From contig JAUCBJ010007253.1 in assembly GCA_032718475.1 (NCBI GenBank), positions 1 through 64,000 on the forward strand: a stretch of 64,000 nucleotides of DNA, read 5' to 3'. Positions 9,594-21,600 of this stretch are shown here, one piece after another (the first letter of the stretch is position 1; every line of letters starts with the position of its first letter). The position numbers were made by a program, and so were the translations under genes. The notes beneath the pieces were generated by a model. The model worked only from the letters and a program-made list of their open reading frames with translations, was not told where the DNA came from and made no database searches. This DNA is from Nemertoderma westbladi. Its lineage: Eukaryota > Animalia > Xenacoelomorpha.

Positions 9594-10034
9594 ATGTTGG
9601 ACTCTATACAATTAGCGAAATTCCCGGTGGGGTCCGAATACATCGGTGTTTACGCAATCGACCAATTACACATAATACACACAAAAAAAAATAAGCATAA
9701 ACAAAATTATTCATTTATTATTAATAATCAACGTATAGGCCTACCTGGACAACACTGGTCTTGCGTGCGCGTGGTTAACAGAATTGCTTATTATTTAGAT
9801 TCGTTTGGTAAAGCGCCTCCACCAAAAATATCGTATTGGTTGCATAAATATACCCAAAGGCATACTTGGAATCGTAAAATATTTCAAGCGCCACAATCGA
9901 CTCAGTGTGGTCTATTTTGTCTGTATTATTTAACCGAGGTGCCGAAAAATCCCAGAGCAATGAATATATTCACCTCTAATTTGCGGTACAATGATTTATT
10001 GTTATTACAGTGGACACTTTCATTAATAAAATAA
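9594..10034 (+). CDS. adenain-like cysteine protease (clan CE)
   Basis: Catalytic motifs GQHW, YLDSFG and Q...STQCGLFC. Confidence 0.93.
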   Translation: MLDSIQLAKFPVGSEYIGVYAIDQLHIIHTKKNKHKQNYSFIINNQRIGLPGQHWSCVRVVNRIAYYLDSFGKAPPPKISYWLHKYTQRHTWNRKIFQAPQSTQCGLFCLYYLTEVPKNPRAMNIFTSNLRYNDLLLLQWTLSLIK

Positions 10035-10612
10035 TTTATTTATTTTGGTTATGGGTATATTCAATTACGGTGTGTGAACATATTATTAGCGTTAATATTA
10101 ATAATAAATATTTATTTCTTGGGTATATAGTAATAGCAATATTTTTAATAAATATATGGGGCACGGTAAGTGATATGGGTTGGGGTCTTCACAGAAACCT
10201 TACGGGCGGGGGTCTCTTTAACGTGTGGGCGGCTGGTAAAACCGGAAATAATAATAATTAGGCACAGAGCACATTGGGACCCAAGCATCTGCCGCCCAAC
10301 TTATGCGGTTAACACAAAGGCCAGAATCTCAATCCAGGCTACGCGAATTAGGCAATAATTAAACGCTCTAACGACAATCAAAGCTCTGAGTTCAATTTAC
10401 TCACATATGTGGGCAGTTTTGCAAAAGAAATAATATATAGATAATAATATAATATAGATACGCCGCGAAGCATAGAAAATTAGTTAGCTAGTTTGCTATA
10501 TAATAACATTGAGAATAGTGATAGCGGCATCACATTATTATTTTAATTTTTAATATTATTCTTATATTCTTATAATTTATTAATTATTAAATTAATTTTC
10601 AATTCAATATCA

Positions 10613-10903
10613 ATGGCTGAAGGCGGTAAAAACCCGAAGTTATTAGTTGTCCAACCCTTCGAGTATCATCCTCCGCCATTTAATTTGGAAAAATCGAACA
10701 GGATTCTTCTCAAAAAAGCTGAGTGGGCACGCAGGGTGCGGGTGATGCACTCAATTGAATTTAACTCACGGTCAATGATCAATGATGATTTGGTCCCGAC
10801 GCGCCCGGCGATCGTCTTGCCGATCGCTGGGGGGCGATCGATGTGTGTATGCCCCCCGCGAATGGTCGGCGAAACACATACGCCGCCTCCAACCGAAAAT
10901 TAA
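10613..10903 (+). CDS. small Polinton hypothetical protein
   Basis: 96-aa ATG-initiated, GC-richer ORF after an AT-rich spacer inside the element; no recognisable motif. Confidence 0.4.
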   Translation: MAEGGKNPKLLVVQPFEYHPPPFNLEKSNRILLKKAEWARRVRVMHSIEFNSRSMINDDLVPTRPAIVLPIAGGRSMCVCPPRMVGETHTPPPTEN

Positions 10904-10934
10904 TGTAAGTAATAATTTCGACAATTAATAATTA

Positions 10935-11290
10935 TAAATACAATAACCTTACTTCGATGCTATCACTCACTTCATGGCTCGCCCCATAGGTAGAATAATC
11001 AAATTAAAATAATATTATAAATACTATAACCTTAAACTCACTTCACGGCTCGCCCCCCACAACTTGTCGCGTAGTGATAAGTATAAATACAATAACCTCA
11101 CTTCGATGCTATCACTCACTTCACGGCTCGCCCCCATAAGTCTGTGTTTATTTACCTTTTTAGTTGTTGCGTCATAACCTTACTTCGATGCTATCACTCA
11201 CTTCATGGCTCGCCCCATAAGTAGAATAATCAAATCATTAAAGAGCCGCCGTTAGTCTGTGTTTATTCACCTTTTTTTAGTCGTTGCGTC
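10935..11290. repeat. subterminal direct repeats of the Polinton
   Basis: AACCTTACTTCGATGCTATCACTCACTTCAYGGCTCGCCCC occurs about 4 times (~10945, ~11030 partial, ~11095, ~11177); AGTCTGTGTTTATT...GTTGCGTC occurs twice (~11139, ~11254). Confidence 0.85.
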
Positions 11291-11454
11291 TGTAATAGTC
11301 TATCATGTTAAAGACTTTATTAAATAAATTGGAGATGAGCTGTTGCAACTGTAATTAAAAGTGTAATATTATGGGTTTGCCCACTTTACCTATTGCGGTT
11401 CAAGGTCAAACGCCGACCGGTAGACACGAATTAATTAAATTACTTCCGTCTGTG

Positions 11455-11831
11455 GACTGGCCTTATACCGCATATGTCGCATATACACAGCGGTGACATA
11501 TGTCACATATGCACAATGGTAACCATAGTAACCATGGTGGGGTCAAGAATGGTAACCATGGTAACCATAGTAAGTGGGTGGGGCAACAATAGTAATCATA
11601 GTAAGTAGGCGGGGCACGCCTGCAAACTGGTCTTATACCGTGTATGTCACATATATACACAGCGGTGACATATGTTACATATGCACAATGGTAACCATGG
11701 TAACCATAGTAAGTGGGTGGGGCAACAATAGTAATCATAGTAAGTAGGCGGGGCAAGAGCCGTTCGGCAAATTCTTTAACATGGTAGACTATGGCAGACG
11801 CTGTCTCAATCACGTTGTTTAGCCTACTACT
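11455..11831. repeat. probable right terminal inverted repeat region with a duplicated ~170-bp block
   Basis: The block CTTATACCG..ATGTC.CATATA..CACAGCGGTGACATATG...GTAGGCGGGGCA occurs twice. Perfect palindrome GTGACATATGTCAC at 11493-11506; terminal ACTACT. Confidence 0.7.
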
Positions 11832-12149
11832 AACCATCCTTGCTCTCCCCTACTACAGTAGTAATAGTGTAGCCGGTGGCCGGTGCCACCATTATTCTGT
11901 TTTCTAATAGCTGTTTTTCATAATTGAGTTTATGTTCTGGAACATCATGTGAATAATTCGGATGTTTTTTGTCTTTATTCTAGAATATTAATTATTATGT
12001 AGCTGAGCGTTTAAAACTATCCATCTTGTTTCTTCATTACGGATAATATATATTCTAGAATTGAGTAAAAAAATACATTAAAATTATATTGATTTACGTG
12101 TCAAAATGTATACCTTTGAATTTTGATAATATCTCCCGAAGTTATTGGT

Positions 12150-12320
12150 CAAATTGAAAACGGTATTCAGATGCTGAATCTGCAGTTGAAGGCGGTTCAA
12201 ATGACGTCTAGATTACATTGGAAATACGAAAAATAAAGCCTACGGCGGAGGCTAAATATTTCCAAATAGACGATTTTTAGCGACTTGTTGTATCGAAATA
12301 GCTCAGAAATTGAAAAATGA
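12150..12320 (+). repeat. dispersed repeat fragment, inverted homolog at ~58990-59150
   Basis: GAATCTG..G..GGCGGTTC..AT..TCT.GATTAC..T...GAAAAAT...GCTAAATATT.CCAAATA is shared with the reverse complement of 58990-59150. Confidence 0.6.
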
Positions 12321-13775
12321 TACAGTATAATTATTTACATCATTGTGTGCAAAGTAGCCCTTTGCAGCGTTATGACCCGAGTTTATTTATGTACCGAGCG
12401 AGCGCAGCGAGGGAGGTTTACATAAATAAACAAGGGTCTTTAACGGTGAACAAGTGACCTTTGCAAGCAATGATGCGGTTTGTAATTTTGTATCAGCGTT
12501 CGGTATGTGAAGAAAGGATTTTATGGATACTCATTTATACATTTTTAATCATGTACTATATCGAATATAAGTGAAATTTATTAACAGGTACACAGAATGA
12601 ATTATACATTTAAATATAATTAAAGTTTATTGTTGTTATCTCATGCATGGATGTGATAAATATTTTTCTTTGTTCATTTTCTCTAAAGTATCGTCTATTT
12701 GACGTTCCGTCATAATGGAATACAACACGTTAAACAATTATTTACATACATTAGCCAGTCCTGAAGTCCCGTCACTGCAAACTGGATAATAAAGCATCAC
12801 TCATTAACATAAGTGGAAATAATACATTCTGGAATACGGTAATTGAAGTTGTTTCCATGTCATTGATTACTTTGCAGCGTTACGACTAATTCACCAGAAC
12901 GCTGTTAAGTTGAAATAATGTAACAAAATAGGTTATGACTTCAGGGGTACATAAAGATTTCGTAGCAAGTGAAGTTTTGAATATACAGTAGTGAATTTTG
13001 AAACAACAGCAGGTTCCCAAAAACGTGACGTCATCATTCTAAATAATCCAAAATATTCGACTGTCGATGAAGCCTTTCTGCACATTGTTTCATCCCTCCT
13101 TACCACCGCTATCAAAATTGAAAGTAAATCAAATCCTGCCCAATAAAGTGAAACTTTCCACTCCCTCAGTCTTCTCGTACCACTAATACTTTGGTCATGG
13201 TCATATAATAAAGGTAGGCCTACTGTCTCGGTGAATAAAATGCGTCGAGAATAGTGAAAAAAAAGTTATACTTTTTTCCCATGTGATAAATAATTATTAC
13301 GTAAACAATAATGTAGTAACTGAAAGGAAAATTCGAGCAATGTATGATATGGATCATTCGCATATTAATTATCACGTCACAGATAAACCAAATATAGGGC
13401 ACACCATCATGTATAGAAAGTAGGTATATTATTATTAGACAATACCCAATCATCAAAGTACATTTCTGAAAACATTTTATTAATTCCTAGAGAGCGATCC
13501 ACGCCTGTGTCATCTTGGACAATGATCTAACACAGATCTGTAGATGGGATAGTACCTTACTGCCTTATACAACACACTGGCTGACAGGTACAGCCGGCCT
13601 ACTGGACCGCGCTACCGGTACCGGCGGTACCTAGTACCAGATTCTGATCTGCTGATAGTCCGATTTACCTTTTTACTTATTTAAGATCAGCACTGTTCAA
13701 CCGTCAGACCGTTTAACTTCATACTTGGATACCGGTACCGTTTTTGAACCACCACGATTGACGATGGGTGCCCTG

Positions 13776-14015
13776 ATGGGAGCCTATCTTCCTGAGCCAA
13801 ACATTGAAAAAACAGAGGAGAATTACTGTTCCGAGACGCTAAGCTATGGGGTGTCAGCGATGCAGGGCTGGAGAATTGAAATGGAAGACGCCCAATGTTG
13901 TTTACCAGAATACGACAAAGATTCCTCATTGTTTGGAGTATTTGACGGACACGGCGGGTCGGAAATTGCTATTTATTGCGCTCAACGGATTCCCAAAATG
14001 CTTAAATCGTTAAAG
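13776..14015 (+). CDS. PPM1G: protein phosphatase 2C gamma-like, exon 1
   Basis: MGAYL...SAMQGWRIEMEDA...FGVFDGHGG; donor AAG|GTAAG. An upstream in-frame ATG lies at 13764. Confidence 0.93.
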
Positions 14016-14263
14016 GTAAGGTAGGCCTATGTTGCTATGCAGTGCAGTTGTCTGTTTGTCTGCTGACATCCTCGTACCGGTATTCTTCTATCAGTCACCC
14101 GTATCCGGTACCCGGTAGGCCTATATTCTAATTCTATTATTAGCATAGTGTCAGAGTGTAGGAGGACTACCGGCAGACCGGTATGGCAGTATGGATATAG
14201 CATTATAGCCTGGAATAATTTATTTCAAATAATTAATTAATATTTATTTGTTAATAATTTAAG

Positions 14264-14408
14264 GAATATGAGAATGGGAAGTATAAAGCGGCTTTGGAGA
14301 AGGTTTACCTTGCTATGGACGAGGAGATTAAAAGCCCGGAGGTTGTTTCGGAACTTAAGAAGATAGTTGGAGTCGATAATGATAACCTCGATGATACGGA
14401 AGAGAGTA
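14264..14408 (+). CDS. PPM1G: PPM1G-like exon 2
   Basis: AG acceptor at 14262-14263, EYENGKYKAALEKVYLAMDEEI...ELKK, donor GTGAGT; phases consistent. Confidence 0.85.
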
Positions 14409-14809
14409 GTGAGTTGTTACTTAATTTCAATATTTTAATATTTAGGAATAATGATGCAATTAATATTATTTTATTGTGCAACTATTTGCAAGTCACTTCA
14501 ACAACTGTACTACGGTTAAATCAGTCCTACACCTTAGCACACAAACAATCTATAGGCCGCGTTACACAGACTGGTGTGAACTAATTCTAGGAGTTTGTTG
14601 TTATTGATAACTTTTCATCGTTAACACAGAGAGCTGATATGTTGATATTGCAGCAGTTGCATCTCTCATTCACTACCGGTAGCAATATGTTGGCATGGTT
14701 TTAGTTTTTTGGTTATATTATTCCGTCTCACAAATCCATGGCAGTCCTGGATATTGGCTACAATATATCCCTTATTCACATCGGTACATTAATTCCTATT
14801 AATTTACAG

Positions 14810-15022
14810 TTGAAAATGAAATTGCTGATCTTAAAGCTGAATCTGAAATGCCTCTTGACGATTTACTAAAGAAATACAAGAATTGCCCACAGCCCACACA
14901 ACACTATCTGAGTCCAATGATACGGAAATCTAAACGACGGTCTAATGGACTGTCGGGTTTAGCTAATGGGGCGGCTGCGGCAGCTAAACAAGGCGAAGGT
15001 GATGAAGAAGTTAATTCTATTG
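14810..15022 (+). CDS. PPM1G: PPM1G-like exon 3
   Basis: TTACAG acceptor, ENEIADLKAESEMPLDDLLKKY...YLSPMIR (PPM1G EA.MP.EELL..Y region), donor GTAAGT. Confidence 0.85.
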
Positions 15023-15112
15023 GTAAGTTCGGTAATAATAATATAAGATGTAATATTATGGTTTTGTTAAGAAATGGAAAAAATAAGAAAGTGCGTCACC
15101 GGGGGTTGAACC

Positions 15113-15163
15113 AGCGCTATGCTATACGTACGTTTCGGCCTATCAGGCCTCATCAGTAGCGCT
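15113..15163 (-). ncRNA. minimal type I hammerhead ribozyme (Penelope-like element end)
   Basis: Minus strand AGCGCUA CUGAUGA GGCCU GAU AGGCC GAAAC GUAC GUA UAGCAUAGCGCU: intact core, stem II, short palindromic stem III and a GUA cleavage triplet. Confidence 0.85.
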
Positions 15164-15696
15164 AACCAGTTCAGCAGTGATGTAGCCCACTAGCGGGTCT
15201 CTGTTGAACATATATTGTCTGAAAGTCTGCGGCAATGATCGCGTTTGCGTTTGTATCTGGGTTGGGAGGTATTGATGTGGAAGTATTACGGTGCATTGTT
15301 TGGAGGAGTGCCGGTTATCCATTCCGTCTATGAATTATTGCTATTTGATTTATATTGATGAAATATTTAACTGTAATATTATATATTTTTATTTCATTTG
15401 GATTTCTACTATTTTTAGGGTGAATTTATCGGTTTACCTTGAATCAGGATTTCCGGGAAGTTTTCAGTATATGTGGCCCAGTATTTTGGACAAATTGATT
15501 TCACTAAAGAAAATAAATATTATCACGGAATATTAGTGAGATAAACTGATAACTACAATTAGTTTATTTCTGATGGTTTACTGACTTATTAATTCAATAT
15601 AACCAATATTTAAATCCTGGTGCAACTGTTAATCGGATATTGAATAAATTTACTTCACGAGTTATACTTCGGGATCCCGTTCATTAAACACTAACT

Positions 15697-18600
15697 CTAT
15701 GTCCGATCTATCTATGTGTCCGATCTATCTATGTGTCCGATCTATCTATGTGTCCGATCTATCTATGTGTCCGATCTATCTATGTGTCCGATCTATCTAT
15801 GTGTCCGATCTATCTATGTGTCCGATCTATCTATGTGTCCGATCTATCTATGTGTCCGATCTATCTATGTGTCCGATCTATCTATGTGTCCGATCTATCT
15901 ATGTGTCCGATCTATCTATGTGTCCGATCTATCTATGTGTCCGATCTATCTATGTGTCCGATCTATCTATGTGTCCGATCTATCTATGTGTCCGATCTAT
16001 CTATGTGTCCGATCTATCTATGTGTCCGATCTATCTATGTGTCCGATCTATCTATGTGTCCGATCTATCTATGTGTCCGATCTATCTATGTGTCCGATCT
16101 ATCTATGTGTCCGATCTATCTATGTGTCCGATCTATCTATGTGTCCGATCTATCTATGTGTCCGATCTATCTATGTGTCCGATCTATCTATGTGTCCGAT
16201 CTATCTATGTGTCCGATCTATCTATGTGTCCGATCTATCTATGTGTCCGATCTATCTATGTGTCCGATCTATCTATGTGTCCGATCTATCTATGTGTCCG
16301 ATCTATCTATGTGTCCGATCTATCTATGTGTCCGATCTATCTATGTGTCCGATCTATCTATGTGTCCGATCTTCTATGTGTCCGATCTATCTATGTGTCC
16401 GATCTATCTATGTGTCCGATCTATCTATGTGTCCGATCTATCTATGTGTCCGATCTATCTATGTGTCCGATCTATCTATGTGTCCGATCTATCTATGTGT
16501 CCGATCTATCTATGTGTCCGATCTATCTATGTGTCCGATCTATCTATGTGTCCGATCTATCTATGTGTCCGATCTATCTATGTGTCCGATCTATCTATGT
16601 GTCCGATCTATCTATGTGTCCGATCTATCTATGTGTCCGATCTATCTATGTGTCCGATCTATCTATGTGTCCGATCTATCTATGTGTCCGATCTATCTAT
16701 GTGTCCGATCTATCTATGTGTCCGATCTATCTATGTGTCCGATCTATCTATGTGTCCGATCTATCTATGTGTCCGATCTATCTATGTGTCCGATCTATCT
16801 ATGTGTCCGATCTATCTATGTGTCCGATCTATCTATGTGTCCGATCTATCTATGTGTCCGATCTATCTATGTGTCCGATCTATCTATGTGTCCGATCTAT
16901 CTATGTGTCCGATCTATCTATGTGTCCGATCTATCTATGTGTCCGATCTATCTATGTGTCCGATCTATCTATGTGTCCGATCTATCTATGTGTCCGATCT
17001 ATCTATGTGTCCGATCTATCTATGTGTCCGATCTATCTATGTGTCCGATCTATCTATGTGTCCGATCTATCTATGTGTCCGATCTATCTATGTGTCCGAT
17101 CTATCTATGTGTCCGATCTATCTATGTGTCCGATCTATCTATGTGTCCGATCTATCTATGTGTCCGATCTATCTATGTGTCCGATCTATCTATGTGTCCG
17201 ATCTATCTATGTGTCCGATCTATCTATGTGTCCGATCTATCTATGTGTCCGATCTATCTATGTGTCCGATCTATCTATGTGTCCGATCTATCTATGTGTC
17301 CGATCTATCTATGTGTCCGATCTATCTATGTGTCCGATCTATCTATGTGTCCGATCTATCTATGTGTCCGATCTATCTATGTGTCCGATCTATCTATGTG
17401 TCCGATCTATCTATGTGTCCGATCTATCTATGTGTCCGATCTATCTATGTGTCCGATCTATCTATGTGTCCGATCTATCTATGTGTCCGATCTATCTATG
17501 TGTCCGATCTATCTATGTGTCCGATCTATCTATGTGTCCGATCTATCTATGTGTCCGATCTATCTATGTGTCCGATCTATCTATGTGTCCGATCTATCTA
17601 TGTGTCCGATCTATCTATGTGTCCGATCTATCTATGTGTCCGATCTATCTATGTGTCCGATCTATCTATGTGTCCGATCTATCTATGTGTCCGATCTATC
17701 TATGTGTCCGATCTATCTATGTGTCCGATCTATCTATGTGTCCGATCTATCTATGTGTCCGATCTATCTATGTGTCCGATCTATCTATGTGTCCGATCTA
17801 TCTATGTGTCCGATCTATCTATGTGTCCGATCTATCTATGTGTCCGATCTATCTATGTGTCCGATCTATCTATGTGTCCGATCTATCTATGTGTCCGATC
17901 TATCTATGTGTCCGATCTATCTATGTGTCCGATCTATCTATGTGTCCGATCTATCTATGTGTCCGATCTATCTATGTGTCCGATCTATCTATGTGTCCGA
18001 TCTATCTATGTGTCCGATCTATCTATGTGTCCGATCTATCTATGTGTCCGATCTATCTATGTGTCCGATCTATCTATGTGTCCGATCTATCTATGTGTCC
18101 GATCTATCTATGTGTCCGATCTATCTATGTGTCCGATCTATCTATGTGTCCGATCTATCTATGTGTCCGATCTATCTATGTGTCCGATCTATCTATGTGT
18201 CCGATCTATCTATGTGTCCGATCTATCTATGTGTCCGATCTATCTATGTGTCCGATCTATCTATGTGTCCGATCTATCTATGTGTCCGATCTATCTATGT
18301 GTCCGATCTATCTATGTGTCCGATCTATCTATGTGTCCGATCTATCTATGTGTCCGATCTATCTATGTGTCCGATCTATCTATGTGTCCGATCTATCTAT
18401 GTGTCCGATCTATCTATGTGTCCGATCTATCTATGTGTCCGATCTATCTATGTGTCCGATCTATCTATGTGTCCGATCTATCTATGTGTCCGATCTATCT
18501 ATGTGTCCGATCTATCTATGTGTCCGATCTATCTATGTGTCCGATCTATCTATGTGTCCGATCTATCTATGTGTCCGATCTATCTATGTGTCCGATCTAT

Positions 18601-21600
18601 CTATGTGTCCGATCTATCTATGTGTCCGATCTATCTATGTGTCCGATCTATCTATGTGTCCGATCTATCTATGTGTCCGATCTATCTATGTGTCCGATCT
18701 ATCTATGTGTCCGATCTATCTATGTGTCCGATCTATCTATGTGTCCGATCTATCTATGTGTCCGATCTATCTATGTGTCCGATCTATCTATGTGTCCGAT
18801 CTATCTATGTGTCCGATCTATCTATGTGTCCGATCTATCTATGTGTCCGATCTATCTATGTGTCCGATCTATCTATGTGTCCGATCTATCTATGTGTCCG
18901 ATCTATCTATGTGTCCGATCTATCTATGTGTCCGATCTATCTATGTGTCCGATCTATCTATGTGTCCGATCTATCTATGTGTCCGATCTATCTATGTGTC
19001 CGATCTATCTATGTGTCCGATCTATCTATGTGTCCGATCTATCTATGTGTCCGATCTATCTATGTGTCCGATCTATCTATGTGTCCGATCTATCTATGTG
19101 TCCGATCTATCTATGTGTCCGATCTATCTATGTGTCCGATCTATCTATGTGTCCGATCTATCTATGTGTCCGATCTATCTATGTGTCCGATCTATCTATG
19201 TGTCCGATCTATCTATGTGTCCGATCTATCTATGTGTCCGATCTATCTATGTGTCCGATCTATCTATGTGTCCGATCTATCTATGTGTCCGATCTATCTA
19301 TGTGTCCGATCTATCTATGTGTCCGATCTATCTATGTGTCCGATCTATCTATGTGTCCGATCTATCTATGTGTCCGATCTATCTATGTGTCCGATCTATC
19401 TATGTGTCCGATCTATCTATGTGTCCGATCTATCTATGTGTCCGATCTATCTATGTGTCCGATCTATCTATGTGTCCGATCTATCTATGTGTCCGATCTA
19501 TCTATGTGTCCGATCTATCTATGTGTCCGATCTATCTATGTGTCCGATCTATCTATGTGTCCGATCTATCTATGTGTCCGATCTATCTATGTGTCCGATC
19601 TATCTATGTGTCCGATCTATCTATGTGTCCGATCTATCTATGTGTCCGATCTATCTATGTGTCCGATCTATCTATGTGTCCGATCTATCTATGTGTCCGA
19701 TCTATCTATGTGTCCGATCTATCTATGTGTCCGATCTATCTATGTGTCCGATCTATCTATGTGTCCGATCTATCTATGTGTCCGATCTATCTATGTGTCC
19801 GATCTATCTATGTGTCCGATCTATCTATGTGTCCGATCTATCTATGTGTCCGATCTATCTATGTGTCCGATCTATCTATGTGTCCGATCTATCTATGTGT
19901 CCGATCTATCTATGTGTCCGATCTATCTATGTGTCCGATCTATCTATGTGTCCGATCTATCTATGTGTCCGATCTATCTATGTGTCCGATCTATCTATGT
20001 GTCCGATCTATCTATGTGTCCGATCTATCTATGTGTCCGATCTATCTATGTGTCCGATCTATCTATGTGTCCGATCTATCTATGTGTCCGATCTATCTAT
20101 GTGTCCGATCTATCTATGTGTCCGATCTATCTATGTGTCCGATCTATCTATGTGTCCGATCTATCTATGTGTCCGATCTATCTATGTGTCCGATCTATCT
20201 ATGTGTCCGATCTATCTATGTGTCCGATCTATCTATGTGTCCGATCTATCTATGTGTCCGATCTATCTATGTGTCCGATCTATCTATGTGTCCGATCTAT
20301 CTATGTGTCCGATCTATCTATGTGTCCGATCTATCTATGTGTCCGATCTATCTATGTGTCCGATCTATCTATGTGTCCGATCTATCTATGTGTCCGATCT
20401 ATCTATGTGTCCGATCTATCTATGTGTCCGATCTATCTATGTGTCCGATCTATCTATGTGTCCGATCTATCTATGTGTCCGATCTATCTATGTGTCCGAT
20501 CTATCTATGTGTCCGATCTATCTATGTGTCCGATCTATCTATGTGTCCGATCTATCTATGTGTCCGATCTATCTATGTGTCCGATCTATCTATGTGTCCG
20601 ATCTATCTATGTGTCCGATCTATCTATGTGTCCGATCTATCTATGTGTCCGATCTATCTATGTGTCCGATCTATCTATGTGTCCGATCTATCTATGTGTC
20701 CGATCTATCTATGTGTCCGATCTATCTATGTGTCCGATCTATCTATGTGTCCGATCTATCTATGTGTCCGATCTATCTATGTGTCCGATCTATCTATGTG
20801 TCCGATCTATCTATGTGTCCGATCTATCTATGTGTCCGATCTATCTATGTGTCCGATCTATCTATGTGTCCGATCTATCTATGTGTCCGATCTATCTATG
20901 TGTCCGATCTATCTATGTGTCCGATCTATCTATGTGTCCGATCTATCTATGTGTCCGATCTATCTATGTGTCCGATCTATCTATGTGTCCGATCTATCTA
21001 TGTGTCCGATCTATCTATGTGTCCGATCTATCTATGTGTCCGATCTATCTATGTGTCCGATCTATCTATGTGTCCGATCTATCTATGTGTCCGATCTATC
21101 TATGTGTCCGATCTATCTATGTGTCCGATCTATCTATGTGTCCGATCTATCTATGTGTCCGATCTATCTATGTGTCCGATCTATCTATGTGTCCGATCTA
21201 TCTATGTGTCCGATCTATCTATGTGTCCGATCTATCTATGTGTCCGATCTATCTATGTGTCCGATCTATCTATGTGTCCGATCTATCTATGTGTCCGATC
21301 TATCTATGTGTCCGATCTATCTATGTGTCCGATCTATCTATGTGTCCGATCTATCTATGTGTCCGATCTATCTATGTGTCCGATCTATCTATGTGTCCGA
21401 TCTATCTATGTGTCCGATCTATCTATGTGTCCGATCTATCTATGTGTCCGATCTATCTATGTGTCCGATCTATCTATGTGTCCGATCTATCTATGTGTCC
21501 GATCTATCTATGTGTCCGATCTATCTATGTGTCCGATCTATCTATGTGTCCGATCTATCTATGTGTCCGATCTATCTATGTGTCCGATCTATCTATGTGT

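Larger units (their letters stand above)
1..11831 (+). mobile_element. Polinton/Maverick (adintovirus-like endogenous virus), right portion including right terminus
   Basis: Intronless, tightly packed cluster of pPolB, A32-like ATPase, rve integrase, pentons, MCP and adenain. Ends in ACTACT (11826-11831), the reverse complement of the usual AGTAGT Polinton start. The left end lies outside the window. Confidence 0.96.

Noticed and set aside
10010-10358. Small hydrophobic ORFs after the protease
   Set aside because: AT-rich, non-ATG starts and no recognisable motif; cannot be supported, though a small membrane protein is not excluded.
11463-11837. 124-aa minus-strand ORF at the Polinton end
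   Set aside because: Lies in the repeated terminal region, begins outside the element end, and is low complexity.
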